Under the pieces are notes generated by a model, which saw only the letters and a list, made by a program, of their open reading frames with translations, made no database searches and was not told the origin of the DNA. A stretch of 64,000 bases of DNA from Actinorugispora endophytica (GTDB taxonomy: Bacteria; Actinomycetota; Actinomycetes; Streptosporangiales; Streptosporangiaceae), in the NCBI RefSeq assembly GCF_004363075.1, contig NZ_SNYN01000005.1, forward strand, positions 187,696-251,695. Reading direction: 5' to 3'. How positions within the stretch are numbered: position 1 is the first letter of the stretch; every line of letters begins with the position of its first letter. The position numbers were made by a program, and so were the translations under genes. Below are positions 55,480-64,000 of the stretch, in pieces.

Positions 55480-56336
55480 CGCTCGACGCCGTGACCACGC
55501 ACGACACCGAGGTCTCCCACGGACCGATCCGCTACCACCGCGCGGGGGAGTCCGGCCCGGCGGTGGTGCTGCTGCACGGGGCCATGCTCGACACCGCCCC
55601 GCTCACCTGGGGACGGGCGATCCCCGCGTTGCGGGACGGGTACCGGGTGTTCGCGCCCGACTGGCCGCGCCACGGCGGCAGCCGCCCATGGCACGGCCCC
55701 ACCGACCAGGCCGGCCTGGAGGACGTCCTGGCCGAGCTGATGGACCAGTGGGAACTGCCGACCGCGCGCCTGGTCGGGCTCTCCCTGGGCGGCGGGATCG
55801 CCGCCGGGTTCGCGGCCCGCCGACCCGACCGCGTCGAACGGCTGGTACTCGTCGCCCCGGGCGGGATGGAGGGCAGGCGGGTCGCGCAGGGATCGACCTA
55901 CCTGTACCTGCGGGCCCCCGGTCTGCTGCGGCTCACCACCGGACTGTTCGCCCGGAGCCCGCGGCTGGTCCGCGCCTCGATCGCGTCCGCGCTGGTGGAG
56001 GGGGAGCGGAACCCGGACTTCGACGGGATCGTCGCGCTGGCGAACGCGGAGATGGAGGCCAAGCGGGCGGCGGGGGAACTCGTCATGGACGACTGGCAGA
56101 TCCGCTCCTACGGATGGCGCCGCATGCGCACCGACCTGCGGCCGCTGCTGCCGCGCGTCGCCTGCCCGACGCTGGTGGTGCGCGGCGACGAGGACTCCGC
56201 CGTCCCGCTGCGCGCGGTGGAGGAGACGGCCCGGCTCATCCCCGGCGCCGACCTGCTGCGCGTCCCCGGAGCAGGGCACATGCTGCCCCGGGACCGCCCC
56301 GAGGAGTTCCACGCCGCCCTGCGCGCCTTCCTCTGA
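55476..56336 (+). CDS. Alpha/beta hydrolase
   Basis: VVLLHGAML, nucleophile elbow GLSLGG. The start overlaps the TetR stop. Confidence 0.75.
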   Translation: MTLDAVTTHDTEVSHGPIRYHRAGESGPAVVLLHGAMLDTAPLTWGRAIPALRDGYRVFAPDWPRHGGSRPWHGPTDQAGLEDVLAELMDQWELPTARLVGLSLGGGIAAGFAARRPDRVERLVLVAPGGMEGRRVAQGSTYLYLRAPGLLRLTTGLFARSPRLVRASIASALVEGERNPDFDGIVALANAEMEAKRAAGELVMDDWQIRSYGWRRMRTDLRPLLPRVACPTLVVRGDEDSAVPLRAVEETARLIPGADLLRVPGAGHMLPRDRPEEFHAALRAFL

Positions 56337-56351
56337 CCGGGCGGGAGGGGC

Positions 56352-57398
56352 TCACAGGTCGATGACGGTCTTCACCTCGTCGCCGTCGGGCTCGAACGCC
56401 TCCAGCGCGCGGTCCAGCGGCAGCCGCCGGGTGATCATCCGCTCCAGCCAGGAGCGGTCGGCCCGGGCCAGCGCCAGCGCGGCCAGCCCGTAGTGCCGCA
56501 GGTTGGCGTTGACGGACCCGAAGACCACGTCGTTCTCCAGCACGATCCCGCGGTTGAGCGCACCGGCGTCGACGCCGGTGCGGGGGCCGCCCGACGAGAC
56601 GCCGGTGAGGCAGACGATCCCGGCGCGCGCGTTGTCGGCCACCACGTTCAGGACGACATCGGGCGCGCCGGTGGCCTCGATGACCACGTCCGGCCTGGTC
56701 CGGGCGGTGACCTCCGAGACGGGCGCGGTGTGGTAGGCCGCGCCGAGGCCGGCGACCAGGCCGGGCTTGGCCCCCGCCCCGACCCGGTCCAGGACGTGCA
56801 CGTCGAGGCCGCGCTGGGTGCCCAGCAGGGCGGCCAGCAGGCCGATCGGCCCGGCGCCGGTGACGAGCAGGCGGCGCGGCTCGAACCAGGACCGGCCGCC
56901 GATCCTCTCGATGTGCTCCCACGCCTTGGCGACGACCGTGGCGGGCTCCAGCAGCACGCCGACGCGCTCCAGCTCCGGGTCGATCCCGACCGCGTAGTCG
57001 GCCTCCACCGTCCACCGCTGCGCGCCGTAGCCGTGGACGCCCTTGATCCCGCGCTCGGTGAACCGGCCGTTGCGGCACATGTCGAACTCGCCGCGCGCGC
57101 ACGCGCCGCACGGCACCGGGTCCGGCCGCCGCACGACGCCGACCACCAGGTCGCCCGGCGCGAAGCCGCTCCCCGGTGGCGCCTCGCGCACCCGGCCGAG
57201 CGACTCGTGCCCCAGGACCAGCCGCTCCTCGCCGGGCGGCGCCTCGCCGTAGTCGCCTCGGGCGATCTCCCGATCGGTGCCGCAGACGCCCACCGCGACG
57301 CCGTCGACGAGCAGCTCCCCCTCGCCCGCCACCGGCGGTTCGACCTCGCTCACCTCCACCGATCCGGGCTTGAGCGGTGTCACGGTCAGAGCGCGCAT
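56352..57398 (-). CDS. Glucose 1-dehydrogenase-like Zn-dependent MDR dehydrogenase
   Basis: GVCGTDREI, GHESLGRV, LVTGAGPIGLLAA. Confidence 0.75.
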   Translation of the reverse strand: MRALTVTPLKPGSVEVSEVEPPVAGEGELLVDGVAVGVCGTDREIARGDYGEAPPGEERLVLGHESLGRVREAPPGSGFAPGDLVVGVVRRPDPVPCGACARGEFDMCRNGRFTERGIKGVHGYGAQRWTVEADYAVGIDPELERVGVLLEPATVVAKAWEHIERIGGRSWFEPRRLLVTGAGPIGLLAALLGTQRGLDVHVLDRVGAGAKPGLVAGLGAAYHTAPVSEVTARTRPDVVIEATGAPDVVLNVVADNARAGIVCLTGVSSGGPRTGVDAGALNRGIVLENDVVFGSVNANLRHYGLAALALARADRSWLERMITRRLPLDRALEAFEPDGDEVKTVIDL

Positions 57399-57475
57399 GG
57401 TCGTCTCCCGGTTCCGGTCTCGGACGGCTTCCCGGACGGGCTACCCCGATGCCGGGAGGGCACGCCCGGGGCGCC

Positions 57476-58701
57476 TCACCCGCGTCCGCGCCGCCACCGC
57501 GGACGGCGCGGACGCGCCCCCTCCCCCCGAGGGAACCGGGGCCGCCACGCCGTCCACGGCAGCCACGGCACCGCCGTCGGATGGGTGACCTCCGCCTCGC
57601 CGCTCTCGTCCCGCAGGATCTCCTCGGCGTCCTCGGCCTCGATCCCGGCGAACAGCATGATGTCGATGGCCACCAGCTGCACGGCCAGGTGCGTGGCAGC
57701 GGTCAGGGGGTCGTCGGCCGAGACGCGGTCGCTGAACGGGCGGGCGGCCTCGGTCGCCTGGTCGACCGCGTACTGGCGCGCGGCGCGGTCGCTGAGGTCG
57801 CCGGCCAGAACGTCGAGCGCGGACGCCATGGCGCGCACCGCCGGCGCGAGTTCCCGGCGTTCGTCCAGGCTCATGGACGTGGTGGTCCGGGCGAGCGACA
57901 GGCAGCTCTCGGCGAGGAGGATGAGCCGGTCGATCTTCTCGTCCTCGTGCAGGATCGGCCGCAGGTCCCCCCACCGGATGGTGGACGTGCGCATGGCGAG
58001 TTGGCTGCTCTCCCGCGCGCTGCTGAGCTCGGCCATGGGCTGGCTCAGTTCGCCCAGCCGGTTGATCATCTCCCGGGTGAGCGGCTGCTCCCGTTCCAGC
58101 ATGTGCTCGGTGAGGGTGAGCATGCGGGACATCTCCGCCAGCGCCGCCGCCTCGGTGCGGCGCAGCAGGGCGACCAGCCGCACGGGGAACAGCAGCTGAC
58201 TGGTCACGAGGGCCACACCGGCCCCGATCAGCGCGTCGGTGAGCCGCCACAGGCCGTACTCGCCGTTGGCGATGACCACGGTGAGGATCGCGCCGGCGGC
58301 GGCCTGGGCGATCACCATCCGTTCGGCGCCGATCGCGACCGCGACCGTCATCGCGATGAAGGCGGCGGCCGCCAGGGACAGGTGGCCGTCACCGAAGACG
58401 GTGCCCATCACCTCGCCCACGGGGATGCCCACGACGACGCCCAGCAGCAGCCGGATGGCGTTGACCCCCCGCTCCCCGCCCGAGGAGTTGAGCGAGACGA
58501 GCGCCGCGATCGGCGCGAAGAACGGGGCGTGCCCGGGGGTGAGGCCCACCGCGATGACCCACGCCACCGTCGCCGCGGCGGTGACCAGCAGCACCGACCC
58601 GATGTTGAGGGACACGCGCTCCAGCACCGCCGAACCGGTGGCGGCCGCCCACAGCCGCCCCGAGTGGATGAGCGTGCGCGTGTTCCGCATGGGCCTCCGC
58701 A
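57476..58701 (-). CDS. FUSC/aromatic-acid-exporter-family membrane protein
   Basis: An N-terminal multi-TM region is followed by a long helical cytoplasmic domain. The in-frame upstream extension in the track is a GC artefact. Confidence 0.55.
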
Positions 58702-58819
58702 TGGCGTCGGTGCCCGGTCCCGGGCGCCGGGACCGCGGCCGGACTGGCGACACCCAGCCAGTACCCCCGTGCCGTTGCCACGAACGTCCGCCGCCAGAGG
58801 TCCCGGCGCGCTTCCGCCG

Positions 58820-58880
58820 GTGATCGCGGCCTCTCCGGGGCCTCAAAAGCGGTTGGGACCCCGGAAAGGCCACGATCACC
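58820..58880. repeat. Degenerate copy of palindromic repeat family P
   Basis: GTGATCGcGGCCtctCCGGGGCCTCAAAAGCGGTTGGGACCCCGGaaaGGCCaCGATCAC has the same core as the 37.1 and 38.1 kb copies (CGGGGyCTCAA..GCGGTTGrGACCCCG). Confidence 0.55.
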
Positions 58881-58887
58881 GAGAGGG

Positions 58888-61800
58888 CTAGGACGCGCCC
58901 GCGCGGCAGTCGGGGCAGCGGACCGGGCGGCGGCCCCGGCCGGTGTGGGTGAACCCGGCGCCGCAGTCGCGGCAGGTGAGAGCGGGTGGGGAGGGCCGGT
59001 CGGCCGCCTCGGGAAGGGGCCCGGCCGCCGGTTCCGGCTCGGCGCGGGAGGGCGGGGCGAACCGGGGGAGCCGGTGGACGTGCGCCCTCCCCCGGGGCAG
59101 GGCGCTCTCGGCGAGTTCCGCGATGTGCCGGTGGTGGGTGAGGACCACCACCTGGAACTGCTCGGCCAGCTCGTCGAGCACCGCGAGGCCCGCCGCGCTC
59201 CGCTCGTCGTCGAAGGTCATGAAGATGTCGTCCACGATGAACGGCATGGCCTGCCCCGACACCGCGTAGCGCTCCAGCGAGGCCAGCCGCAGCGCGAGGT
59301 ACAGCTGGTCGCCGGTGCCCTCGCTCAGCGCGGAGACCTCCTCCTGCGCGCCGGTGTCGCGGACCACCCGCAGGACGTTCCGGCCGCCGTCGTCGAGCTC
59401 GGGGCGCAGCTCGGTGAACCGCCCCAGGGTCAGGGACCGGAAGAACCCCTCCGCCCGGCGCAGGATGGGGTCCTGGTTCTCCCTGCGGTACGCCTCCACG
59501 CAGCGCAGCAGCACCTCGCGGGCGATGGTCAGCCGCACGTACTCCTCGGCGCGGTCGGTGATCTCGGCGCGGACCGCCGCCAGCTCGTCGGACGCCGCCG
59601 CGGCCTCCGCCGAACCGTCGATCCGGTCGAGTTCGGCCTTGGCCCGGGTCCGCTCCTCGTTCGCGGCGTCGCGCCGCCCCTCCAGCTCCTCGACCCGCCG
59701 GCCCACCTCCTCGAGGTGGTTGTCCAGGTCCGGCTCGGTGAGCCCGTCGGCCTGCTCCTCCAGTGCCGGGATCGCGCCGTGCACGGCCAGCTGCTTCTCG
59801 TCGTGGGCGATCTGCCGCCGCAGTGACGCGGCCTCGTCGGCGCGGCCGATCGCGGCGCGCAGCCCGGCGGTGTCGGGAACCCCGGTCTCGGCGAGGAGCG
59901 CCCCGAGGGCCTCCTCCGTGCTCTCCTCCTCGGCCCGCGCCTCGCGCAGGGCCTCCTCGCGCCCCCGGATGTTCCCGGTCAGCTCGGCGCGCCGCCGCAC
60001 GGCCTCGATGTTGGCGAGGACCCGCTGCTCCAGGGCCTCCAGGGCCACGGAGCGCTCGGCCCAGCCGTCGGGCGGCTCCACGCCGCACTCCGCGAACGCC
60101 GCCTCCAGCCGCTCCCCGAAGGCGGAGACCTCGGCCCGCAGCTCCTCGGCCCGCAGCTCCGACCCGCGCGCCCTCTCCAGCAGCTCGGCGACGTCGGCGA
60201 GCCGGTCCAGGTCGGCCTGGACGGACTCCGGAGCGGCGGAGGGGGCGAACCCGGCGGGTTCGACGGCCTCGGCCCACTGGCGCTCCCACTCGGAGAGAGC
60301 CGCCTCCGCCTCGGTCTGGTCGTCCAGGAGCCTGGCCAGGTCCCGCTCCGCGGACTCCACGCGCAGCAGCGCCGCGGCGCGGTCCTCGGCGGCCCCGCGG
60401 CGCTCGGCGAGTTCGCCGTCGGCGAGTTCGCGCAGCTGGGGCAGCAGCGCGACGCTGCGGCCCACCCCGGCCCCGGCCTGCGCGGCCAGCGGCTCCAGGG
60501 CGACGCCCGCCCCGGTGAGCAGCGACGCCAGCTGGTCGATGAGGGTGTCGGCGGTCTCGACCAGCCGTTCGAGCTCGGCGTGGCGGGCGGTGCGCTCGCT
60601 GTGCAGCGCGCGGAGCCGGTCCAGCCGGTCGAGCACGTCCTCGGCGGCCCCCACCTGGGGGGCGGGCAGCGCCTCGGACGGCCACAGCTCCTCCCAGCCC
60701 TGTTCCAGGGCGTCCTGGACCCGGTCGAGGTCGGCCAGCTCCTCGTCGATCCGGTCGAGTTCGAGCGTCCTGTCGCGGACGCTCCCCTCCAGCTGGTACC
60801 GCTCGGCGACCCGCTCGGCGTTCTGCCACAGCCGGTCGGCGAGCGCATCGGCGGCCTCCAGCGCCGCCTCGTAGGCGGTGAGCGCGGAGCCGTCCGCCCC
60901 GCCCGCGCGGACCCGCCGCCACAGCCCGTCGCGTTCGGCGCGCGCGGCGGCGAGGTCGGCGGCGCTGGGCGGGTTGTCGCCGGCCCGCAGCGCCTCCAGC
61001 CTGCCGTCGGCCTTGTCCAGTTCGGTCCGGGCCCTGGAACGGGCCCTGCGCCGCTCCCTGCGCTCGTCTTCGAGGTCGTCGAACCGCTTGAGGTGCGCCT
61101 TGACCTCGGAACGGCCGGGGGCTGCGGACTTCAGCAGGGTCTCGGGCTCCTCGCCCGCCCAGCCCGCCTCGGCGAGCAGCGCGGCGATCCGCGCGTCGGT
61201 CCCGGTCAGGTCGTCGTGGGCGCGGGGCAGGTCGGCGTCCAGGGCCGGGGGGAACTCCGACAGGACCGTTTCGAGCAGGTCGTGGCCGACGGCCTCGGCG
61301 AGCGCGTCGAGGCCGCGCCGCGCCGCCTCGACGTCCTCGCCCTTGGCCGCGCTCTGCCTGCGGGCGTTCTCGACGCGGGCGACCAGGCCCGGGTGCTTCT
61401 GGGCGAGCGCGGTGATCCGGTCGGCGGCCGCGGCGGCCACGGTGAACGACCCGGGGTCCTCGACGGAGGCGCCGGGGCGGGTCCGGCGCAGCAGCCGCTC
61501 GGCGCCGGCGCGGGCGTCGGCCGCCTCCCGGGACAGCGCGGCGAGGTCGTTGTCCGCGCTCTCCACCTTCGCGGCGGACTTGACCAGCGCGGACACGGAC
61601 CTGGCCGCGCCCGTCAGGCGCTCGTCGACGTGCAGCGCGCCCAGCTCGTCCTTCTGGGCCTGTAGGTCGTCCTCGGCCTGCCTGCGCTTCTGCCGGGCGA
61701 GAACGGCCTTCTGCTCCAGTCCGTGCAGCCGCTCGGTGGCGTCGTCGGCGGCGAGGGGCCCCTCGGCGGTGAGCGCGGCGAGGCTCTCGCGGGCCAGGGC

Positions 61801-62541
61801 GCGCGTGCGCAGCAGCGGAAGGGCCGACGCCAGCCGGTTCAGCCGCCCCTGCTCGTCGCGTTCGGCCCGGAGCCGGTCGCCCAGTTCGGCGAACCGCTTC
61901 TCGGCGGCCTCCACGGCCGTGCGCAGCTTCACGAACTCGGCGGGGAGCGTCTGCCTCTCCCGGACCGTCCGGTCCAGCCGCCGGTACTCGCCGAGCGCCC
62001 TGTTGATGCCCGGGTTCTGGCCGCGCAGCAGGAAGAGCTCGCGGCGCCGGTCCTCCAGCCGGTCCAGCACGGAGGCCAGGTCCTGGCTCGACCGCGCGGA
62101 GAACAGCGCCTGGCCGATGTCGCCCTCGCCCTTGAGCAGGCTCTCGCCGCCCTGCTTCAGCTCGGCGAGGGTCAGCGCGAACGTGTTCGTGAAGACGTCC
62201 TTGGTGATCCCGTGCAGGAAGCCCAGCAGCCGGTCCTCGTCGAGCGGGGTCCCGTCCGGGCCGGTCAGGTCGTTCTTGCGGCGCTTGTGCCGGACGAAGT
62301 CCAGGACCGCGCCGTCGCCGTCGGTGATCTCCGCGCCCAGCCGCAGGGCCGTGATGTCGTGCACGAACCCGTACCGGCTGCGCAGGTCGATCCCGTAGAA
62401 CAGCTGGTTCAGGGCCTCCAGCGCGGTGCTCTTGCCCGCCTCGTTGGGGCCGTGGACGACGTGGACGCCGGGCGCGTCCAGGGGCAGGCTCAACCCGCTG
62501 AAGGGGCCGAACGCGGTCAGGTCGAGGCGGTTGATCCTCAT
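58888..62541 (-). CDS. SbcC-like AAA ATPase (Rv1278/YhaN-like) with a C-terminal Cys4 zinc ribbon
   Basis: ATGA start overlapping the sbcD-like stop. Walker A (VVHGPNEAGKSTALEA), about 900 aa of coiled-coil, and a D-loop/Walker B (PFIVDDIFMTFDDERS). The C-terminus reads CRDCG...CPDC. Confidence 0.8.
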   Translation of the reverse strand: MRINRLDLTAFGPFSGLSLPLDAPGVHVVHGPNEAGKSTALEALNQLFYGIDLRSRYGFVHDITALRLGAEITDGDGAVLDFVRHKRRKNDLTGPDGTPLDEDRLLGFLHGITKDVFTNTFALTLAELKQGGESLLKGEGDIGQALFSARSSQDLASVLDRLEDRRRELFLLRGQNPGINRALGEYRRLDRTVRERQTLPAEFVKLRTAVEAAEKRFAELGDRLRAERDEQGRLNRLASALPLLRTRALARESLAALTAEGPLAADDATERLHGLEQKAVLARQKRRQAEDDLQAQKDELGALHVDERLTGAARSVSALVKSAAKVESADNDLAALSREAADARAGAERLLRRTRPGASVEDPGSFTVAAAAADRITALAQKHPGLVARVENARRQSAAKGEDVEAARRGLDALAEAVGHDLLETVLSEFPPALDADLPRAHDDLTGTDARIAALLAEAGWAGEEPETLLKSAAPGRSEVKAHLKRFDDLEDERRERRRARSRARTELDKADGRLEALRAGDNPPSAADLAAARAERDGLWRRVRAGGADGSALTAYEAALEAADALADRLWQNAERVAERYQLEGSVRDRTLELDRIDEELADLDRVQDALEQGWEELWPSEALPAPQVGAAEDVLDRLDRLRALHSERTARHAELERLVETADTLIDQLASLLTGAGVALEPLAAQAGAGVGRSVALLPQLRELADGELAERRGAAEDRAAALLRVESAERDLARLLDDQTEAEAALSEWERQWAEAVEPAGFAPSAAPESVQADLDRLADVAELLERARGSELRAEELRAEVSAFGERLEAAFAECGVEPPDGWAERSVALEALEQRVLANIEAVRRRAELTGNIRGREEALREARAEEESTEEALGALLAETGVPDTAGLRAAIGRADEAASLRRQIAHDEKQLAVHGAIPALEEQADGLTEPDLDNHLEEVGRRVEELEGRRDAANEERTRAKAELDRIDGSAEAAAASDELAAVRAEITDRAEEYVRLTIAREVLLRCVEAYRRENQDPILRRAEGFFRSLTLGRFTELRPELDDGGRNVLRVVRDTGAQEEVSALSEGTGDQLYLALRLASLERYAVSGQAMPFIVDDIFMTFDDERSAAGLAVLDELAEQFQVVVLTHHRHIAELAESALPRGRAHVHRLPRFAPPSRAEPEPAAGPLPEAADRPSPPALTCRDCGAGFTHTGRGRRPVRCPDCRAGAS

Positions 62542-63776
62542 CGGGGGCCCTCCAGCGCGGCGACGAGCAGTTCCACGGCCTCCCCGGCCATCCGGTCGGG
62601 CCAGCCCTCGTCGCCGAGGAAGCCCCTGAGCTCGGTCGGCAGCTTGGCCTCCAGCTGGGTGCCCCGGACGATGGACGCCACCTCCCCGGGGTCCGCGCGC
62701 AGGGCGTCCCCGGCCGCGCGCACGCTCTCCAGGAGCCCGGCGACGTGCTCGGGGTCCGCCTTCTCCCCGGGGCGGGTCGTGGCGATCCGCACCTTCTCGA
62801 CCCACAGGGACTCGTGCTCCTGGCTGAGGCGGCGGACCTCGCTGGTGAAGGACTCCCGGTCGCCGACCAGCGCCGCGTGGACCTCGCTCTCCCCCGTCGC
62901 GACGATCCGCACGGCGTGCGCCCGGTCGGGGTCGTCGCCGAACTCGGCGGCGAGCCGCTCCTCGATGAGGCGGGTGGCGTCGCCGCGGTCGCGGGCGTCG
63001 GTCATGTCGACCCGGACCTCGTGCCAGCGGGCGGCGGTGTCCAGGTCGTGGTGCTCGGGCTCGCCGACGACGCTCAGGCCGTCCACGGTGACGAGGGTGC
63101 AGCCCTTCGCGCCGGTCTCGCCCGCGTGCCGCCCCTGGGTGTTGCCGGGGAACACCACGTGCGTGCCGTCGGCGTGCTGGACCGAGCGCTTGTGGATGTG
63201 CCCCAGCGCCCAGTACTGGTAGCCGTGCGCGGCGAGCTGGTTCACCGTGCAGGGCGCGTAGTTGTCGTGCCCGGGGCTGCCGGTCAGCGCGGTGTGCAGC
63301 AGCCCGACGTTGAACAGGTCGTCCCGCGCCGCCGGGTAGCGCTCGGCGAGGTTGTCGGTGACGTCGCGCTGCGCGAAGCTCTGCCCGTGCACGGCGAGGC
63401 CGAGGTCGTCGCGCTCGACCGTCTCGGCCTCGCCGCTGGCGAACCGGTGCACGTTGTCGGGGAGGCTCAGTTCCCGGGTCATCTTGTTCTCGGCGTCGTG
63501 GTTGCCGGAGATCATGAACACCGGGATGTCGGCCTCGCGCAGCCGCGCCATCTGGTTGGTGAAGAACAGCCCGGTGTTGAAGTCCCGCCAGGTGCCGTCG
63601 TAGACGTCCCCGGCCAGCAGCACGGCCGCGACCCGCTCCCGCAGCGCCAGTTCGACGAGGTTCTCCACCGCCCGCCGCGTGGCCCCGCGCATCTGCTCGA
63701 CGGGCGCGCCCTCGTATCGGGCCAGCCCGTGCATGGGGCTGTCGATATGGAGGTCGGCGGCGTGCAGGAGCTTCAT
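62538..63776 (-). CDS. SbcD-like DNA-repair exonuclease (metallophosphoesterase)
   Basis: MKLLHAADLHIDSP, GDVYDG, ISGNHD, GHIH. Confidence 0.85.
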   Translation of the reverse strand: MKLLHAADLHIDSPMHGLARYEGAPVEQMRGATRRAVENLVELALRERVAAVLLAGDVYDGTWRDFNTGLFFTNQMARLREADIPVFMISGNHDAENKMTRELSLPDNVHRFASGEAETVERDDLGLAVHGQSFAQRDVTDNLAERYPAARDDLFNVGLLHTALTGSPGHDNYAPCTVNQLAAHGYQYWALGHIHKRSVQHADGTHVVFPGNTQGRHAGETGAKGCTLVTVDGLSVVGEPEHHDLDTAARWHEVRVDMTDARDRGDATRLIEERLAAEFGDDPDRAHAVRIVATGESEVHAALVGDRESFTSEVRRLSQEHESLWVEKVRIATTRPGEKADPEHVAGLLESVRAAGDALRADPGEVASIVRGTQLEAKLPTELRGFLGDEGWPDRMAGEAVELLVAALEGPR

Positions 63777-64000
63777 AGGGGGAGATCCTCCTCGGACGCG
63801 TGGACAGAGCCTTCCAGAATGTCACAGTAGCCACGCGCGCCCGCCCCTTTCACACGAACCGGAACCGGTGTCCCCACGCGGCCAGGAGGACGGCGATCCG
63901 CCGGAGCCGGGACGGGCGGGTCTTGCGGGCGTAGTAGGCGGGTGTGGCGTGGGCGGGCCAGTGGTCGCCGTGTCGGTGGGTCCCGGCGGCGATGGCGCGC

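Noticed and set aside
57476-60922. 1148-aa minus-strand ORF fusing the FUSC gene to sequence antisense or off-frame to sbcC
   Set aside because: Only the 3' roughly 400 codons (the FUSC-like membrane protein) are coherent. The upstream part overlaps the SbcC-like gene in another frame.
1-64000. CRISPR arrays, rRNA, prophage or transposase genes
   Set aside because: I saw no regularly spaced short direct repeats, no rRNA-like conserved stretches and no integrase or transposase motifs. The only repeats are the palindromic family, the hairpin family and the intragenic lectin-domain repeats.

Overview
This is a high-GC (about 72%) actinomycete chromosomal window, Streptomyces/Nocardiopsis-like, densely coded on both strands. 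The 6-frame track contains many long antisense or off-frame ORFs that are GC artefacts. The real genes are listed below.

Housekeeping and ordinary content, in order along the window: 3' end of acetyl-CoA synthetase; a GntR/FCD regulator; a Na+/alanine symporter; a PspC-domain protein; an MFS transporter; a tRNA-Glu/Asp/Phe cluster; CorA; CopA; a Ser/Thr kinase; a polyol/xylulose utilisation cluster (xylB, a SorC regulator, a Zn-dehydrogenase, an ABC substrate-binding protein and 2 permeases); lutABC; metY-metX; an ECF41-type sigma factor; cardiolipin synthase; a cyclophilin lipoprotein; a TetR regulator with a hydrolase; glucose dehydrogenase; and an SbcD/SbcC-like nuclease-ATPase pair.

The most unusual content is one co-directional minus-strand block at 25.9-37.0 kb. 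It encodes a roughly 967-aa protein with an N-terminal SUKH (Smi1/Knr4) domain followed by six tandem bulb-type (QxDxNxVxY) mannose-binding lectin domains. Downstream on the same strand lie an NfeD-like membrane protein, a 715-aa flotillin, and a tightly coupled 1656-aa protein with an unassigned roughly 1150-aa N-terminal region and a C-terminal MoxR/dynein-like AAA+ module. I cannot match this block to any described system.

Other points of note:
- a P-type ATPase paralog whose TGES, DKTGT and GDGVND catalytic motifs are all degenerate;
- a perfect 72-bp palindromic repeat family that flanks a DUF559 endonuclease-domain gene on both sides, with a third degenerate copy elsewhere;
- a second hairpin-plus-100-nt intergenic repeat family present twice;
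- a MoaD-like Gly-Gly protein next to a BNR-repeat protein;
- several perfect operator palindromes.

All functional calls rest on motif recognition by eye. No database search was run.
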